Positions 38,985 through 51,240 of a stretch of DNA of 64,000 nt are shown one piece after another. Origin of the DNA: Antechinus flavipes (Eukaryota). The stretch lies in the NCBI RefSeq assembly GCF_016432865.1, contig NC_067404.1, positions 43,400,001 through 43,464,000 on the forward strand. Reading direction: 5' to 3'. The notes below the pieces were generated by a model, which did no database searches, had not been told where the DNA came from, and saw nothing but the letters and a program-made list of their open reading frames with translations. Made by a program: the position numbers and the translations under genes. Position 1 is the stretch's first letter; the number at the start of each line of letters is the position of its first letter.

Positions 38985-39230
38985 TGTTCAGTCATTTCAG
39001 TCGTGTCTTACTCTCAGCGATCCCATTTGGAATTTTCTTGGCAAAAATACTGGAGCAGTTTGCTGTTTCCTTCTCTAGCTCATTTTTTACACATGAGAAA
39101 TTGAGGCAAATAGAATGAAGTGACTTGCCTAGGATCACCCTGATTTGTCTGAGGGCAGATTTGATTACAGAAAGAGGAACCTTCCTGACTTCAGGCCAGC
39201 ATTCTATCTCACGCTGCCCCTTCTACATCA
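38985..39230 (-). mobile_element. MAR1-like SINE
   Basis: ttgttgttcagtcatttcagtcgtgtc...ggcaaaaatactggagcagtttgc, the MAR1 tail in reverse. Confidence 0.85.
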
Positions 39231-39776
39231 AATATTTCCCAGCAACTCTTAATGAATCCCTTTTAGTAATACATGCATACATACATATGTATGTGTGTTT
39301 GTATGTGTATATGTGTGTATGTGTATATATCATACATACATGTATAATCAAGCAGAACAAACCAACTCAGTAGTCACATATGATAGTATTTGTCTCACTC
39401 CACACCCATTGCCTGCCTAGAGACGGGAATCATGCTTTCCCCTTGGTCCTCTCATGTCTCAGTTGATCACCAAATTGATCCATATTCTGAAAGTTTTTGG
39501 TATAGTTTTCCAAGTAGCTTTCTAAAATGCCATGAGCCACTTTCCCCTACTGAAACCATGGCTCCAGGGCAGAGTGTAAAGGAGTTCCAGGGAGTTCAGA
39601 AGACTATGAATCAGCAACTATGATAGTGTAGCTAAACCACCCCAGCTTGTGACTCGGAGCAGACTAAGAGTCTTGGTTTACATTCCAGCTTTTGACACTT
39701 ACTACCTATGCGACTTAGGGCCAGTTGCTGTTCCATACTCTTCCTCAATTTCTTCATCTTTAAGATGATAGGGTTG

Positions 39777-40444
39777 CAAAGAGATACTAAAGGAGGGAAA
39801 GGGACCTGTATGTGCCAAAATGTTTGTGGCGGCCCTCTTTGTAGTAGCCAGAAACTGGAAACTGAGTGGCTGTCCATCAGCTGGAGAATGGCTAAATAAA
39901 TTGTGGTATATGAATGTTATGGAATATTATTGTTCTGTAAGGAATGACCAGCAGGATGAATACAGAGAGCCCTGGAGAGACTCACAGGAACTGATGCTGA
40001 GTGAAATGAGCAGGACCAGGAGATCATTATATACTTCAACAACAATACTATATGATGATCAATTCTGATGGACGTGGCTCTCTTCAACAAAGAGAAGATT
40101 CAATTCAGTTCCATTTGATCAATGATAGACAGAATCAGCTACACCCAGAGAAAGAACACTTGGAAATGAATGCAAACTGTTTGCATTTTTGTTTTTCTTC
40201 CCGGGTTATTTCTACCTTCTGAATCCAATTCTCCCTGTGCAACAAGAGAACTGTTCGGTTCTGCACACATATATTGTATCTAGGCTGTACTATAACATAT
40301 TTAACATATATAAGACTACCTGCCATCTAGGGGAGGGGGTAGAGGGAGGGAAGGGAAAAGTAGGAACAGAATTGAGTGCAAGGGACAATGTTGTAAAAAT
40401 TACAAATGCATGTGTTCTGTCAATTAAAAGCTATAATTTAAAAA
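39777..40444 (+). mobile_element. 5'-truncated L1 nested in a MIR
   Basis: ORF2 C-terminus (MFVAALFVVARNWK...DDQF) and a perfect 15-bp TSD aagatgatagggttg (39762-39776, 40445-40459); MIR halves on both sides. Confidence 0.93.
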
Positions 40445-40572
40445 AAGATGATAGGGTTGACTCGGATGTTGTCTAAAGTCCCTTCCACCTCTAGATCCAC
40501 AATCCTAAAAGATTTTATATTCTCATATTTGACCCTGCCAACAGTGGCAGGAATAATATAGCATAGAGTGGT

Positions 40573-41435
40573 TTCAGTACAAATGAAGGGTCTCCTAGGC
40601 CACAGTGGAAACTGAATGGGATTTTCAAATCGCATTTGGGAGTATCCTTCTGGGGCAGCAGCACCCTTCTTCCTAGCTGCCTGGTCAGTAATGCTCCCGT
40701 TGAGCATTTTCTGGGACTATAGAAGTAGAACTTGGAAATTTACAGATGCTGGTCTGGAAAGAGAACTTTTTGGAGATAGAAAAAAAGAGCCTCGGGCAGG
40801 CTATCGGAGCAGATGTGGAAGGGCCAGGATTTGAAGGCAAACTTCCTATTCTGAATCTAAGGTACTTTTCTACTACCCCACAAGCGATTGTTTCTCTGAA
40901 TCTTAACTTCGGGAGTTCTTCACCTTTGTGTGGAAGTGATGAGCCCCTTTGGCAGTCTGGTGAAGCCAGTGGATGTTCAGAATAATTATGGCAGATACTC
41001 AATTTCAGTTAGTAGATCGGGAAATTGTGGTCTGCAGGTTAAGACCCTCTGCTCTAGTTACTATTATTATACTCTGCATATAGTAGGTGTGTGAATTGAA
41101 TTCATAATCATTTCAATTCCTCTAGCACTTTAGGGTTTCTCAAGAGCTTTTCTCCTCATGATCCCATGACCTTTCTGTGCCATGAAATACTTGCCTAAGT
41201 CAGCCTGTCTGTGCCTTAGGATGGATTCAATGCAAATGCAGGGCCTGCTAGGCCACAGTGGAAAGTGAATAGAATTTTCAGATCACGTTTGGGTGCAGGG
41301 GTGATCCCGGGCATCCACCTTCCTTCTGGTGCAGCAGCGCCCCTCTTCACAGCTGCCTGGCTAGTGACGGCACTTTTGAACATTTTCTGGGACTATGGAA
41401 CTACAGCTTGGAAATTCCCAGATCCTGGACTAGGA
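40573..41435. repeat. Diverged tandem duplication of about 190-210 bp of unique sequence (40573-40759 and 41226-41435)
   Basis: Manual alignment: 57/69 and 90/115 identical, with one 23-nt indel between the two blocks. Confidence 0.9.
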
Positions 41436-41544
41436 ATGGACCTGTTGTTCCTGCAAGTATTTTGTGATCCTTTCATTAGGACACCTGGTAATCAGGTAAT
41501 AGCTTGAGGGTGGCAGTATCCTTAGACTTGCAGATCAATCTTAC

Positions 41545-41634
41545 CTTTGGATCCACAGTCTTCTGGGAGTAGAGGGGGGAAGGTCACATCTATTCTGAGT
41601 AGGAACTCTAGCTGGATGCTGAGATAGGTCTGAG
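41545..41634 (-). CDS. Candidate symmetric 90-nt exon (AQTYLSIQLEFLLRIDVTFPPLLPEDCGSK), unidentified
   Basis: Acceptor ttctgcctggtctcctctggtttag|, donor aaag|gtaaga, open in two frames. Confidence 0.3.
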
Positions 41635-42569
41635 CTAAACCAGAGGAGACCAGGCAGAACGCCACTTGCGAGATGGCATATGTTTTCAGCAATTTAAAAT
41701 TGTTCTTTGCCACCTTTAAAACCAAACTGGTACGGTGCAATGTAAAGAACTCCAGTATGCGATTTTAGATCCAGACCTGCCATTTAGAGTAAGTCATTTG
41801 TAATCCTCACTATCCTCCTTTACCAAGTGAAGGTGATAACATATACCTTCCTGTCCTATGGAGCCATTGTGAGGGTCAGATGAAGCAGAATCATAGAATT
41901 ATAGAATCCCAGAACATCTGATTTGGCAGAATCATAGCTGTGTGTATTTTGGTTTTTCCCTATCCTTAAGGCTTATCTATTGCAGTCTCCCAGTGAATAG
42001 AAGAGGAAATGGGGAACCAGTGAAAGGGAAGTGGCAGTGTATGTGGGTCTACTTTGCAAATTATAAATCATCATATGTATGTCTGGGATGGTTGCAAGTT
42101 TAAATAATGGATGTCTCTCAACTGACGGTGTACCCTGTGTGAGAGTGTGAGAGAGGAGTGATGGCAGGGACCATCTCCGGGTACCCAGTCCTTTGTCTTC
42201 AAAACATCCTTCCAGATAAGGTGCCTTCCGCCAAGCCCGGGACCCAGCTTTTCCTGATAAGAGAGCTGGTTTCAGATTTTCAATGAGTCCTATCTCTCAA
42301 GACACAAGCTTTGCATCTGTTTTGCATTCAAATGTATCCCGGGACAAGACTGTATGGTTCCTTAATTCCCCTTCCAACACACATGGGCCTATGGAAGGAG
42401 GTGCTGAGCTAGCAAAACAGCAACTAGCCATTTGTTTTCCTGAAATTGCTAATTTAAAAAAATGGCAGCGAGGTGAAATGTGGCACCAAATGCCTTTTTC
42501 ACAAGACTCCAGCAACACAGGCCCATATGGTCTTGTCAAAAAGAAATCTAACACGATTCCGGCATTCTA

Positions 42570-43480
42570 ATTGACAATCTGGAGCGTGTCCAGAGGAGGG
42601 GGACTGGGAATGGAAACTGTGCCATACGAGGATTAGTTGCAGGAACTAGGAATGTTTACCCTAGAGAAGAGAAGGTTGGGGGTGGGGGTGGGAAATGATG
42701 GCTGTCTCGGTGTTTGAAAGGCTGTCACGTGGAGGAGGCCAGAATTTAGGCCCAGCAGGTAGAAGTAGCAAAAAACCAATTTTGGCTCAGTACGAAGGAA
42801 CGATCGCATGCCTCAGCATGCAATTCAAGGCCTTTTACAAGCTGCCCCTTAATTGCTTTATCTCCAGTCCAACCAACCTACTTGCTACCCCCTTCAACTT
42901 CAGCTCACCTCGTGCCGTCTTCATGACTTTGCTTCTTTTCTTCTCTTTGCCTGTGACTTGCAAGCTCACAATGAGTCCATAGTATAACAAGGAATCTCAG
43001 AAACCCAGTGAGATCATGGGGCTGCATCCAGAGCTGTAGAATAGCTTCCGGAAGGAAGGTGGCTGTTTTCCCACTGTCCTCTCCTTTGATCATACTGCAT
43101 CTGGAGCACGGTGCTCAGTTTAAGGTGACCTCGTTTTAGGAACACCTCCGTAAATTGTGAGTCATCTAGGGAAAGGCAAGCAGAATGGGGAAGGCTTGAG
43201 TTTCTGCCATCAGAAGATCAATTTGAGGAAAGCTGAGATGCTTAGCTTGGAGGAGGTTAGTGGAGGTGGGGGTGGGGGTAAGGACGCTGTGTTCAGGTAT
43301 TTAAAAGGTGTTCATGGAAGTAGAAGTTGATTTTTTTCTTTTAGACTTGAGAGTGTAACACTTGGAATAATGGGTAGGAGTTCCACAGGCAAATTTAGGC
43401 TTGATATCATGAAGTACTTTAGCCATAGAATGGGCTGCCTATAGGGAGAAAAGGGATCCTTTCTTTTTCCAGCTAGAAAC
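42570..43480 (+). mobile_element. L3/CR1 3' fragments (about 42570-42760 and 43150-43480)
   Basis: ggaactaggaatgtttaccctagagaagagaagg...gctgtctcggtgtttgaaaggctgtcacgtggag matches the CR1 3' end. Confidence 0.65.
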
Positions 43481-44377
43481 TAAACATTTGGGATATGAAG
43501 CTGACTCTGGGTAATGGATGGCTATCCTAGTGGAAATCTACCCTGTCTGGCAGCTAGGAAGTCTTTTGTGTCTAGGTCTGGCTATTGTATCTTTCATATG
43601 AGGACTTAGTTAAGCGTGGAGACATCTATCATGACAATTGTCAGCCTTCAAGGGGTGGATTTTCTGGCCACCACGAGAATAGTCCCAGATCCCAAGTCCC
43701 AGATGAACTGGGGTATGCATAGAAGGAGAAGGTACTGATAGCTTTATCTTAGAAGCAAGCATACTATCCTGTCTACCTAGTCAACTTGTGTGCCCCGATA
43801 TGCAGGATCCTTGAAGTGGTAGATGGATGTCTGCTTGGAGAAGTGTCTGAAGCTTCCCTGGGAAACACTGATCAGGGCACACATCTTTGATGGAACGTAA
43901 ACGTGCAAAAGAAGGAAGCTGTCCAAAGACCAGAAATCATTTGAATCTGTCTTAGGCTGACCTTGGGCAAGTAACTTTCTTTGTCTCAATTTCTACCCAG
44001 CCTTAATCACTCAATGGGTGTTGCCTCAGTCAGATTGAGCTCTGTTGAAGACTTTAGCTTTAAAAGGTTAAGGTTTCCCATCACATCCAGATCTCTATCT
44101 GGCCACTGGACCCAGATGGCTCCTGAGGAGAAAGTGAGGCAGGTGACCTTGCCCAGCCTCCCTCACTGAAATTTAATTCACTTATATGACATGGCATCAC
44201 CTTCCTGATGTGCTGGTTCTCTTCCAGAGGAAGGACAAATAACAATGATAGGTAGGAAGTGAAAGAGACAGGAAGTGATTCCAGGTCCTTTGACTTCAAA
44301 GTCACTGGTGAGTCATTGGTAGGACTTTGTTATCTTGAACAAGTAACTGAATATCTATGACCCTGTTTTTCTTCTTC

Positions 44378-44533
44378 TTTTTTTTTTTTTTTTTTTTGTG
44401 TGAAACAGTTGGAATTAAGTGAATTGCCCAAAGTCTCACAGCTAGTAAGTTTTAACTGTCTGAAGTTAGATTTGAACTCAGGTCTTCTGACTTCAGGGCC
44501 AGTGCTGTATCCATTGAACCATCTAGCTGTCCC
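44378..44533 (-). mobile_element. WSINE1-like SINE
   Basis: Poly-T, CORE and head (ccatctagctgtccc) in reverse. Confidence 0.85.
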
Positions 44534-44539
44534 ACTTAC

Positions 44540-45270
44540 TTTTTCTTTTAAACAAAAATCTTTATTGCATCTTTTGGCAACATTTTTACATTTGTATTTT
44601 TTGCAAATACCTCCTTCCCTGTTCACATGGAAGCCTCCCTTATATCAAAGAAGTACAATTGAGCAAAATAAATCTATATATTGATCATGTCTGATGACGA
44701 ATACTTCATTCTGCAGCAGCCTACCACCTTTCCACTAAGAGGGAGCTGGAACATTTCATAATCAATCTTTTAAAATTAAGATCAGCCATTCATTGCCTTG
44801 ATCTTAGTTCTGATGTCTTTTAGTACATTTCCTTTAGAGCACTGTGATTGCTGTGCAAATCATTCACTTGGTTCCACTTATTTCACTCTTAATCGGTTCA
44901 CAGAAACCTTTCCCTTTTCTCTAAATTCTTCATTTTTAAAATTTCTCATTGTATAGTAATTAATATTTTATTACATTAATTTGCTACGGATTGTTCAGCA
45001 ATTCCCCAATTGATGGCCAAATGCTTTGTTCCCAATTGGTTGCCACCACAAAAAAGTGCTGCTGTGAATATTTTGTTATGTATGGGATCCTTTGGCCTGG
45101 CTTGAAACTCCTTGGGGGGTACGTGACATTAGTGGGATCTCTAAGTCAAAGGGCACGAACAATTTAGTCACTTTTCTAGCATACTTTCAATTTGTCTTCC
45201 GGAATGATTGAACCAATTGGGCTCTGCCAAGAGTGTACTGGTGTTCCAGTCTTCCCATAGCCCTTCAACA
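44540..45270 (-). mobile_element. Older L1 fragment
   Basis: caattccccaattgatggccaaatgctttgttcccaattggttgccaccacaaaaaagtgctgctgtgaatatt is the reverse L1 ORF2 end. Confidence 0.7.
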
Positions 45271-46029
45271 TTGACTTACAGGGCTTTTGTGAGAAAAAGT
45301 ACTTTGTATGTACAGCCCTAGAGCCATGAGATGTAGTATTATCCAAGTGTAAAGAAAAGTTTGATTTAGAGCTTATTCAAAAATGAATAGAAAAAGAAAA
45401 GCTTAAAAGAAAATAAAAACAAACCCCTTGAGCTCAAAAACTTTGAAAGTTAATTTCACTAGGAAACACTTTGATTTAAAAGAGTAAGTTAAAAGGCATC
45501 AGTGGATTTTAAGGGTATTAGGCTTTTGTTAAAAGTTGTAATGAATTTCATTGTTTTCCTGTTTAGGATGCAAATAGAATTTAAGTCTTGGAATTATGCG
45601 TAATTCCTCCCCCCCCCCCAGCCTCCTGTCAGATACTGGCAGTTGGCACGGGCTGTGAGAAAAGTAGTCTTTAGGCTAACCAGCACTTGTCAGGACTGTA
45701 GGGAATTGCTGACAGGAGGGAGCAATGTTGGGAAGTTTAGCATCCAATTACTTTGCCAGTTGCTGCCCAGCTCTGGGTGAGTCACTGCTCTTTAGGATAA
45801 AATAATCACAACTCCCATTTCTGGACAACTTGAAGAATTTACAAAGTTCCTTTTGAGGGAGAAGTGCAAGGACCGTTCTCTCCATTTTACAGATGAAGAA
45901 ATTGAGACCTCAGGCTGCTTAGGGGACTCGCCCATAGTCACAAAGCTAGTAAGTGGCAGAAAACCAGATGTTGAGCTTAGATCTTTTGATTCCAGGGTCT
46001 CTACTCTTTGGGCAGTGGGGCACTTTGGG

Positions 46030-46255
46030 GACAGCTAGGTGGCGCTACAGTAGATAGAACACTAGGCCTGGAGTCCGGTAAACTCTGAATTTAAATCTGA
46101 CCTCAGGCACTGACTGTATGACCCTGGGCAAGTCACTTCATCCTGTTTGCCTCAATTTCTTCATATATAATATGAACTAGAGAAGGAGATGGCAAACCTC
46201 TCCAGTATCTCTGTCATGAAGAATCAGACAAGATTGCAGTGACTAAACAACAATA
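46030..46255 (+). mobile_element. MAR1-like SINE
   Basis: ggggacagctaggtggcgc head and agaaggagatggcaaacctctccagtatc tail. Confidence 0.85.
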
Positions 46256-46339
46256 AAATCAGCTCTCTTTCCATGATATCATATACCTTTTCTCTACTAA
46301 TTTTGACTTGACCAGTACCTTTAAAACTGGATAATTTGA

Positions 46340-47240
46340 TAAGACAACTCTGAGGTACTACTACACACCTCCTAGATTGACTAAGATGACAAGGAAAAGA
46401 TAATGATGAATATTGGAGGGGATGTGGGAAAACTGGGACACTACTACATTATTGGTGGAGCTGTGAACTGATTCAACCATTCTGGAGAGCAATTTGGAAT
46501 TATGCCCAAAGGGCTATCAAACTGTGCATACCCTTTGATCCAGCAGTGTCTCTACGGGGCCTGTATCCCAAAGAGAACATCAAAAAGGGAAAAGGACCTA
46601 TGTGTGCAAAAATGTTTGTAGCAGCCCTTTTAGTGGCAAGAAACTGGACACTGAGTGGATGCCCATCAATTGGAGAATGGCTGAATAAGTTGTGGTATAT
46701 GAATATTATGGAATATTATTGTTCTGTAAGAAATGACCAACAGGAGGATTTCAGAGAGGCCCAGAGAGACTTATGTGAACTGATGCTGAGTGAAATGAGC
46801 AGAACCAGGAGATCATTATACACAGCCACAGCAAGACTATATGACGATCAATTCTGATGGACGAGGCTCTCTTCAACAATGTGATGATTCAGGCCAGTTC
46901 CAATGATCTTGTGATGGAGTGAGCCATCAGAATCCAGAGAGTGGGAACTGAGTGTGGATCACAACATAATACTTTCACTTTCTTGTTGTGGTTTGCTTGC
47001 TTTTTGCTATTTTTCTCATTTTTTCCTTTTTTGATCTGATTTTTCTTATACAGCACAATAATTGTAGAAATATGTATAGAAGAATTGCATATATTTAACA
47101 TATTGGATCACTTGCTATCTAGGAGAGGGGGCGGGGGAAGGGAGGGAAAAAATTTGGAACTTAAGGTTTTGAAAGGGCGAATGTTGAAAATTATCCATGC
47201 ATATGTTTTGAAAATAAAAAAACTTTAATAAAAAAATTTT
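46340..47240 (+). mobile_element. 5'-truncated L1 with TSD
   Basis: ORF2 C-terminal 103-aa remnant, poly-A, and a 17-bp TSD aaaactggataatttga / aaaacttggtaatttga at a TT|AAAA site. Confidence 0.93.
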
Positions 47241-47659
47241 AAAACTTGGTAATTTGAAGCCATCTAAACCCACTATGGATGTTAGGACCAGTGGTGACCT
47301 TCTGGCACAGTAAGTATAGCTGAATATAGCTTAGCTCCTGGAAAACCATATCAGGCTCAGCTCCAGCTAGCCATGAATGACCTTTTTGAGATGTTACTCT
47401 TCCTAGGTCCATGCTATCCTTTTAATGAAAAGCAGTGCCATTTGATGTTACCCTCGATATTACTACCATTTCGCTTTCCTTTTTTATTGGATTTTTTCTC
47501 ATCCCTGTCCCCTCCCCACATCTGAGGTAAATATATTCTTTTGTAGACCCATGATTCCATCAGTGTGTGAGCATTCTCTCTACTGATCCCTGTTTCAGAC
47601 ATCTCCCTCACCTTCTTCCCCACCATTGCCCAATGCCTTATCATCAGCTACAATTCTTT

Positions 47660-48400
47660 TCCACCTTTTTCTATAGAAAATCTACATGATCACTGGAAGT
47701 TTTTCTCCTGGTCTTTTAATATTTCATGGTTGCCAGGGCCATCCTTGGGCTATTCCCTGTTATCTTTCACTCTCACTTCATGACTGGCTTTTATAAGCCA
47801 TGTGCATCCTTGATTATCTTTCATGTGATTTCTTAAAAGCGAGCCATCATTGACACGAGGCTACCATTTGCTTGCTCCCATGATGTATTGTTCCAGTGCC
47901 TTTTGAGTCACCTGCTGTTTTGATTCTTCTGTGATCATGTCATTCCTTCTACTGCTCATCATGGTGTGGAGGGGAAAATTGGGCTCTCAAAATTATCCCA
48001 GTGGAGCACAAACCTGGCAGGTCTTCACCAACCTGAAAAGGCTTTGAATCCAGTCCCAGTGACAGAATGTATCTGCTGTCTGAGGATCAGCCAAGCCAAG
48101 TGCCAAGAGGCTCATCATCAGCAGGTTGGCGGCTGAATGATGCATTTTTTTGGCCACAGCAGCCCATTTAAGGGGAGAAAAATGGGCAGAATCATCCCTG
48201 GTAAAGTTCTATAAGTTGTTTTTAAATATCTCTTCACTCTTGGTTCTCATATTTGTATGAATCAAAGTCTAAGAACCTGAAGAACTAAGAACTTTAGTTC
48301 AAGCTAAGAAGCTTGAATCTGACATTGTAGATTCATATGGTCATCCCAGTTATTGTGTTAGATTGCCTTTCACATCCCCTTTGTGTGTACACAAGTTTGT
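47660..48400 (-). mobile_element. RTE-clade LINE 3' fragment
   Basis: Minus-strand peptide EESKQQVTQKALEQYIMGASK then a W.AGH..R..DNR-like segment, typical of the RTE RT C-terminus. Confidence 0.7.
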
Positions 48401-49293
48401 GTTTGAGGGTTTTCCGGAGGAGCTTGGTACCATCTTGGGGCCCAAACCACCTAAAAACCATAGTAAGAACACAAGAGAGGAAGCTTTAGCTCTGGGTCAC
48501 TTAGCCTTGTCTGGTCTCTCTATATAAGCTATTCTTGATCCCCACCATCTGATTTTTCCTCTGCTAAATATCACACTTTCCATTCACGGACATGAAATCA
48601 TGACTGGAGTCTGCTTTTACTTTGGACACATCTACTCGTGGATGTGTTTACACATTCACATCCATACTTATGAAGGAGTCAACAGACTAGTAGATTTGGA
48701 ATTAGGTGAACATTGGTTCAAAACTTGCCTCTGACTTACTAGCTGTGTGACCAAACAAGTGTCAACCCTCTGGCCCTCAGTTTCCTCAGTATAAGGGATT
48801 GGAACTAGACCTTTGATTTCACTGGCATAGGGAACTCTTGGATGAAAACACTTTCTCTAGTATTATAGGCTCCTATCTTCTTTTGCAACTTAGTCTTAGA
48901 AACTTGCCTAAAGCAATGAGGGGTTCAATGACTTTCCAGGATCAGATAGCTCCTATGTGTCCGAAGCAGTGCTTGAAGTTGGGATTTCCTGGTCTCTAAG
49001 GACAGTGCTCTTTATCTAGTATTCCAGTATGCCATCTGTAAAGTTGAAATAATATTACCTGTAGCATTTCAGTTGACAATTAAGCAATTGTAGCAGAATT
49101 AACATGCCTTTCTAGGGTTGTGATACTTGAATAAGCCAGTGTATTTCAAACTTTAAAGAACCCTGGCAATGTCCTTTGTTGTTATCAGTTTCTGTCACCC
49201 TGAATTCCTTGGTACGATCGGGACCTCCACTCCTTGATCTCTTCTGAGTGGCTAGATTGTGGGAGGAACTCTGTGCCAGTGAAGAACCTTTAC

Positions 49294-49321
49294 CTTCTAT
49301 CCACACAGTACCCCCAGATTC
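49294..49321 (-). other. Candidate 28-nt exon
   Basis: ggatctctttcactcttgctctcag|GAATCTGGGGGTACTGTGTGGATAGAAG|gtaaag. Confidence 0.2.
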
Positions 49322-50659
49322 CTGAGAGCAAGAGTGAAAGAGATCCTAAAGTCCTCCTGTGAAGGCCCGAGTCCCTCTGGGGAGAACCCTGGCCTTGGGG
49401 GAGAAAGGCATTTAGGTGAAGACATTTGCAGAAGCTTTATCCAGGGACCAAGCAAGTCTTCTCCCCCTCCACCTCAGCAAATATTGACTTTGTCCCCTTT
49501 AATTAAAATGCCTTGTCTCCTGTTAATTCTGCAGCTCTGATTTGCATGAGTTTTAAAAATGACAATAAAGGTTTGCTCAAATAGAAAGAGCCTAAAAGAG
49601 CATTGAAGATAGGGAAGGTGATATTTGCATAGAGGAGTAATTGAGTTTTCACCAGCTGTTCGGCTTTCTGGTGGTTTAGTTGCCATGCCTTTTGTGGTAG
49701 ACTTTTAGCTTTGGGGCTGCAAAGATCTGGGTTCAAATCTTTTCTCCAAATTTGGCTAGATGTGTGATCATGGGCAAGTAAGTCACTTCTGACCAGATAT
49801 CCAAGGCTTTGCCCATTATACCACATAATCCCTTTAATGTGACAATTAAAAATTCCTGAGATTTCATCAATGTGAGCAGCTCCCAGTCTCAAAATACATC
49901 CAGTGAGACAGATTGGCAACTCTGAGACTCAGTTTCCTCATCTGTAAAATGAGGATGCTAATACCTCTAAAATCTACTTTACATCATGAGGCCCAAGTGA
50001 GATAATATATTCTAAGTGCTTTACAGGGCAAAGTACCTCCTTTGACCTCAATTTCCTCTTCTGTAAATAACAGACTTTGGTGGCTTTTGGTGTCCTTTCC
50101 AGCTCTGGCTCTCTCATCTTATGTGTGACCTTGGGTCACTTCCCTTCCATTGGCTTTAATGTCCTTCCTTTAAAAAGAGATTAGATTAGATGATCCTTAA
50201 AGGTCCCTTCAGTCTAGATCTGTGATCTTATGAAGTCTACAGTTTCCTCTTGTAAGATAAGGTGTTTCATTTGGATGATCTCCAAAGGCTCTTCTAGCCA
50301 TAAGTTCTAGGATAAAAGTTTAAATATTGATCAAACTTCAGTTTTGGTATTTCAAGGAATCACACAATCTCAGCTCAAAGGGCCTTTGGAAGATCTCAAG
50401 TCCCTCTTATACCTGTTAATGTCAGTACCTTCCCCTCTGAGATTAGCTCCATTTTATATTTTCTGTAGTTTGTACACAGCTGTTTTCAGGTTGTCTCCTC
50501 CATTTGTCTACGAGCTTCTTGAAGTCGGGGACTGTCTTCAACTTTCTGCATATTCCCAACATTTAGCACATGGCCTGACACATCATAGACACTTAATAAA
50601 TGCTTATTTCCTTCCTTACATTGTAGATACTTAATAAATACTTATTTCCACCAGGACAA

Positions 50660-51240
50660 ACTTTGATCCTTTGATCCTATAATTCTGCTACTAGGTCTGT
50701 ACTCTAGAGAGATCAAAGAGAGAGGAAAAGGGCTCATATATGCAAAAACATGGCAGCTCTTTTTGTAGTGGGAAAGAATTGGAAACTGAGATGATGTCCA
50801 TCAGTTGGGAGAATGGCTGAACGATTTGAATGTTATGGAATACTGTTATGTCATAAGAAATGTTGAAAGGGATGGTTTCAAAGAAGTCTGAAGATACTTG
50901 TATGAACTGATCCATAGTGAAGTGATCAGAACCAGGAGAACAACTTATACAAAAAATAAAAAATATTGTAAGGGCAATTTTTTAAAAATTAGGAACTTTA
51001 ATCTGTGTAATGAATGACTAACCACAAATCCAGAGGATTCTCAATGAAACATGACATCAAGACAGACAGAGAGGGAATGGACTCAAGAGTTCAGATTAAA
51101 GTGTATTTCTTTTTGGGAATGGTTAGTGATAGAATTTGTTTTGCTTAACTATGCATGTTTGTAATGGGTTTTGTTTTTCTTGCTTTCTCAGTGTGGGAAG
51201 GAAGTAGGAAGGAGAAATTTTGAAGCTAAAAATATAATTG
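50660..51240 (+). mobile_element. Older L1 3' portion
   Basis: tgtccatcagttgggagaatggctgaacgatttgaatgttatggaatactg is homologous to the other L1 copies. Confidence 0.8.

Noticed and set aside
40590-41290. CACAGTG heptamer in both duplicate copies (V(D)J recombination signal?)
   Set aside because: No ACAAAAACC-like nonamer at 12 or 23 bp spacing, and no V, D or J coding segment.
46546-46857. 103-aa ORF, with paralogous ORFs at 39820-40068 and 19925-20107
   Set aside because: L1 ORF2 C-terminal remnants in truncated copies, not host genes.
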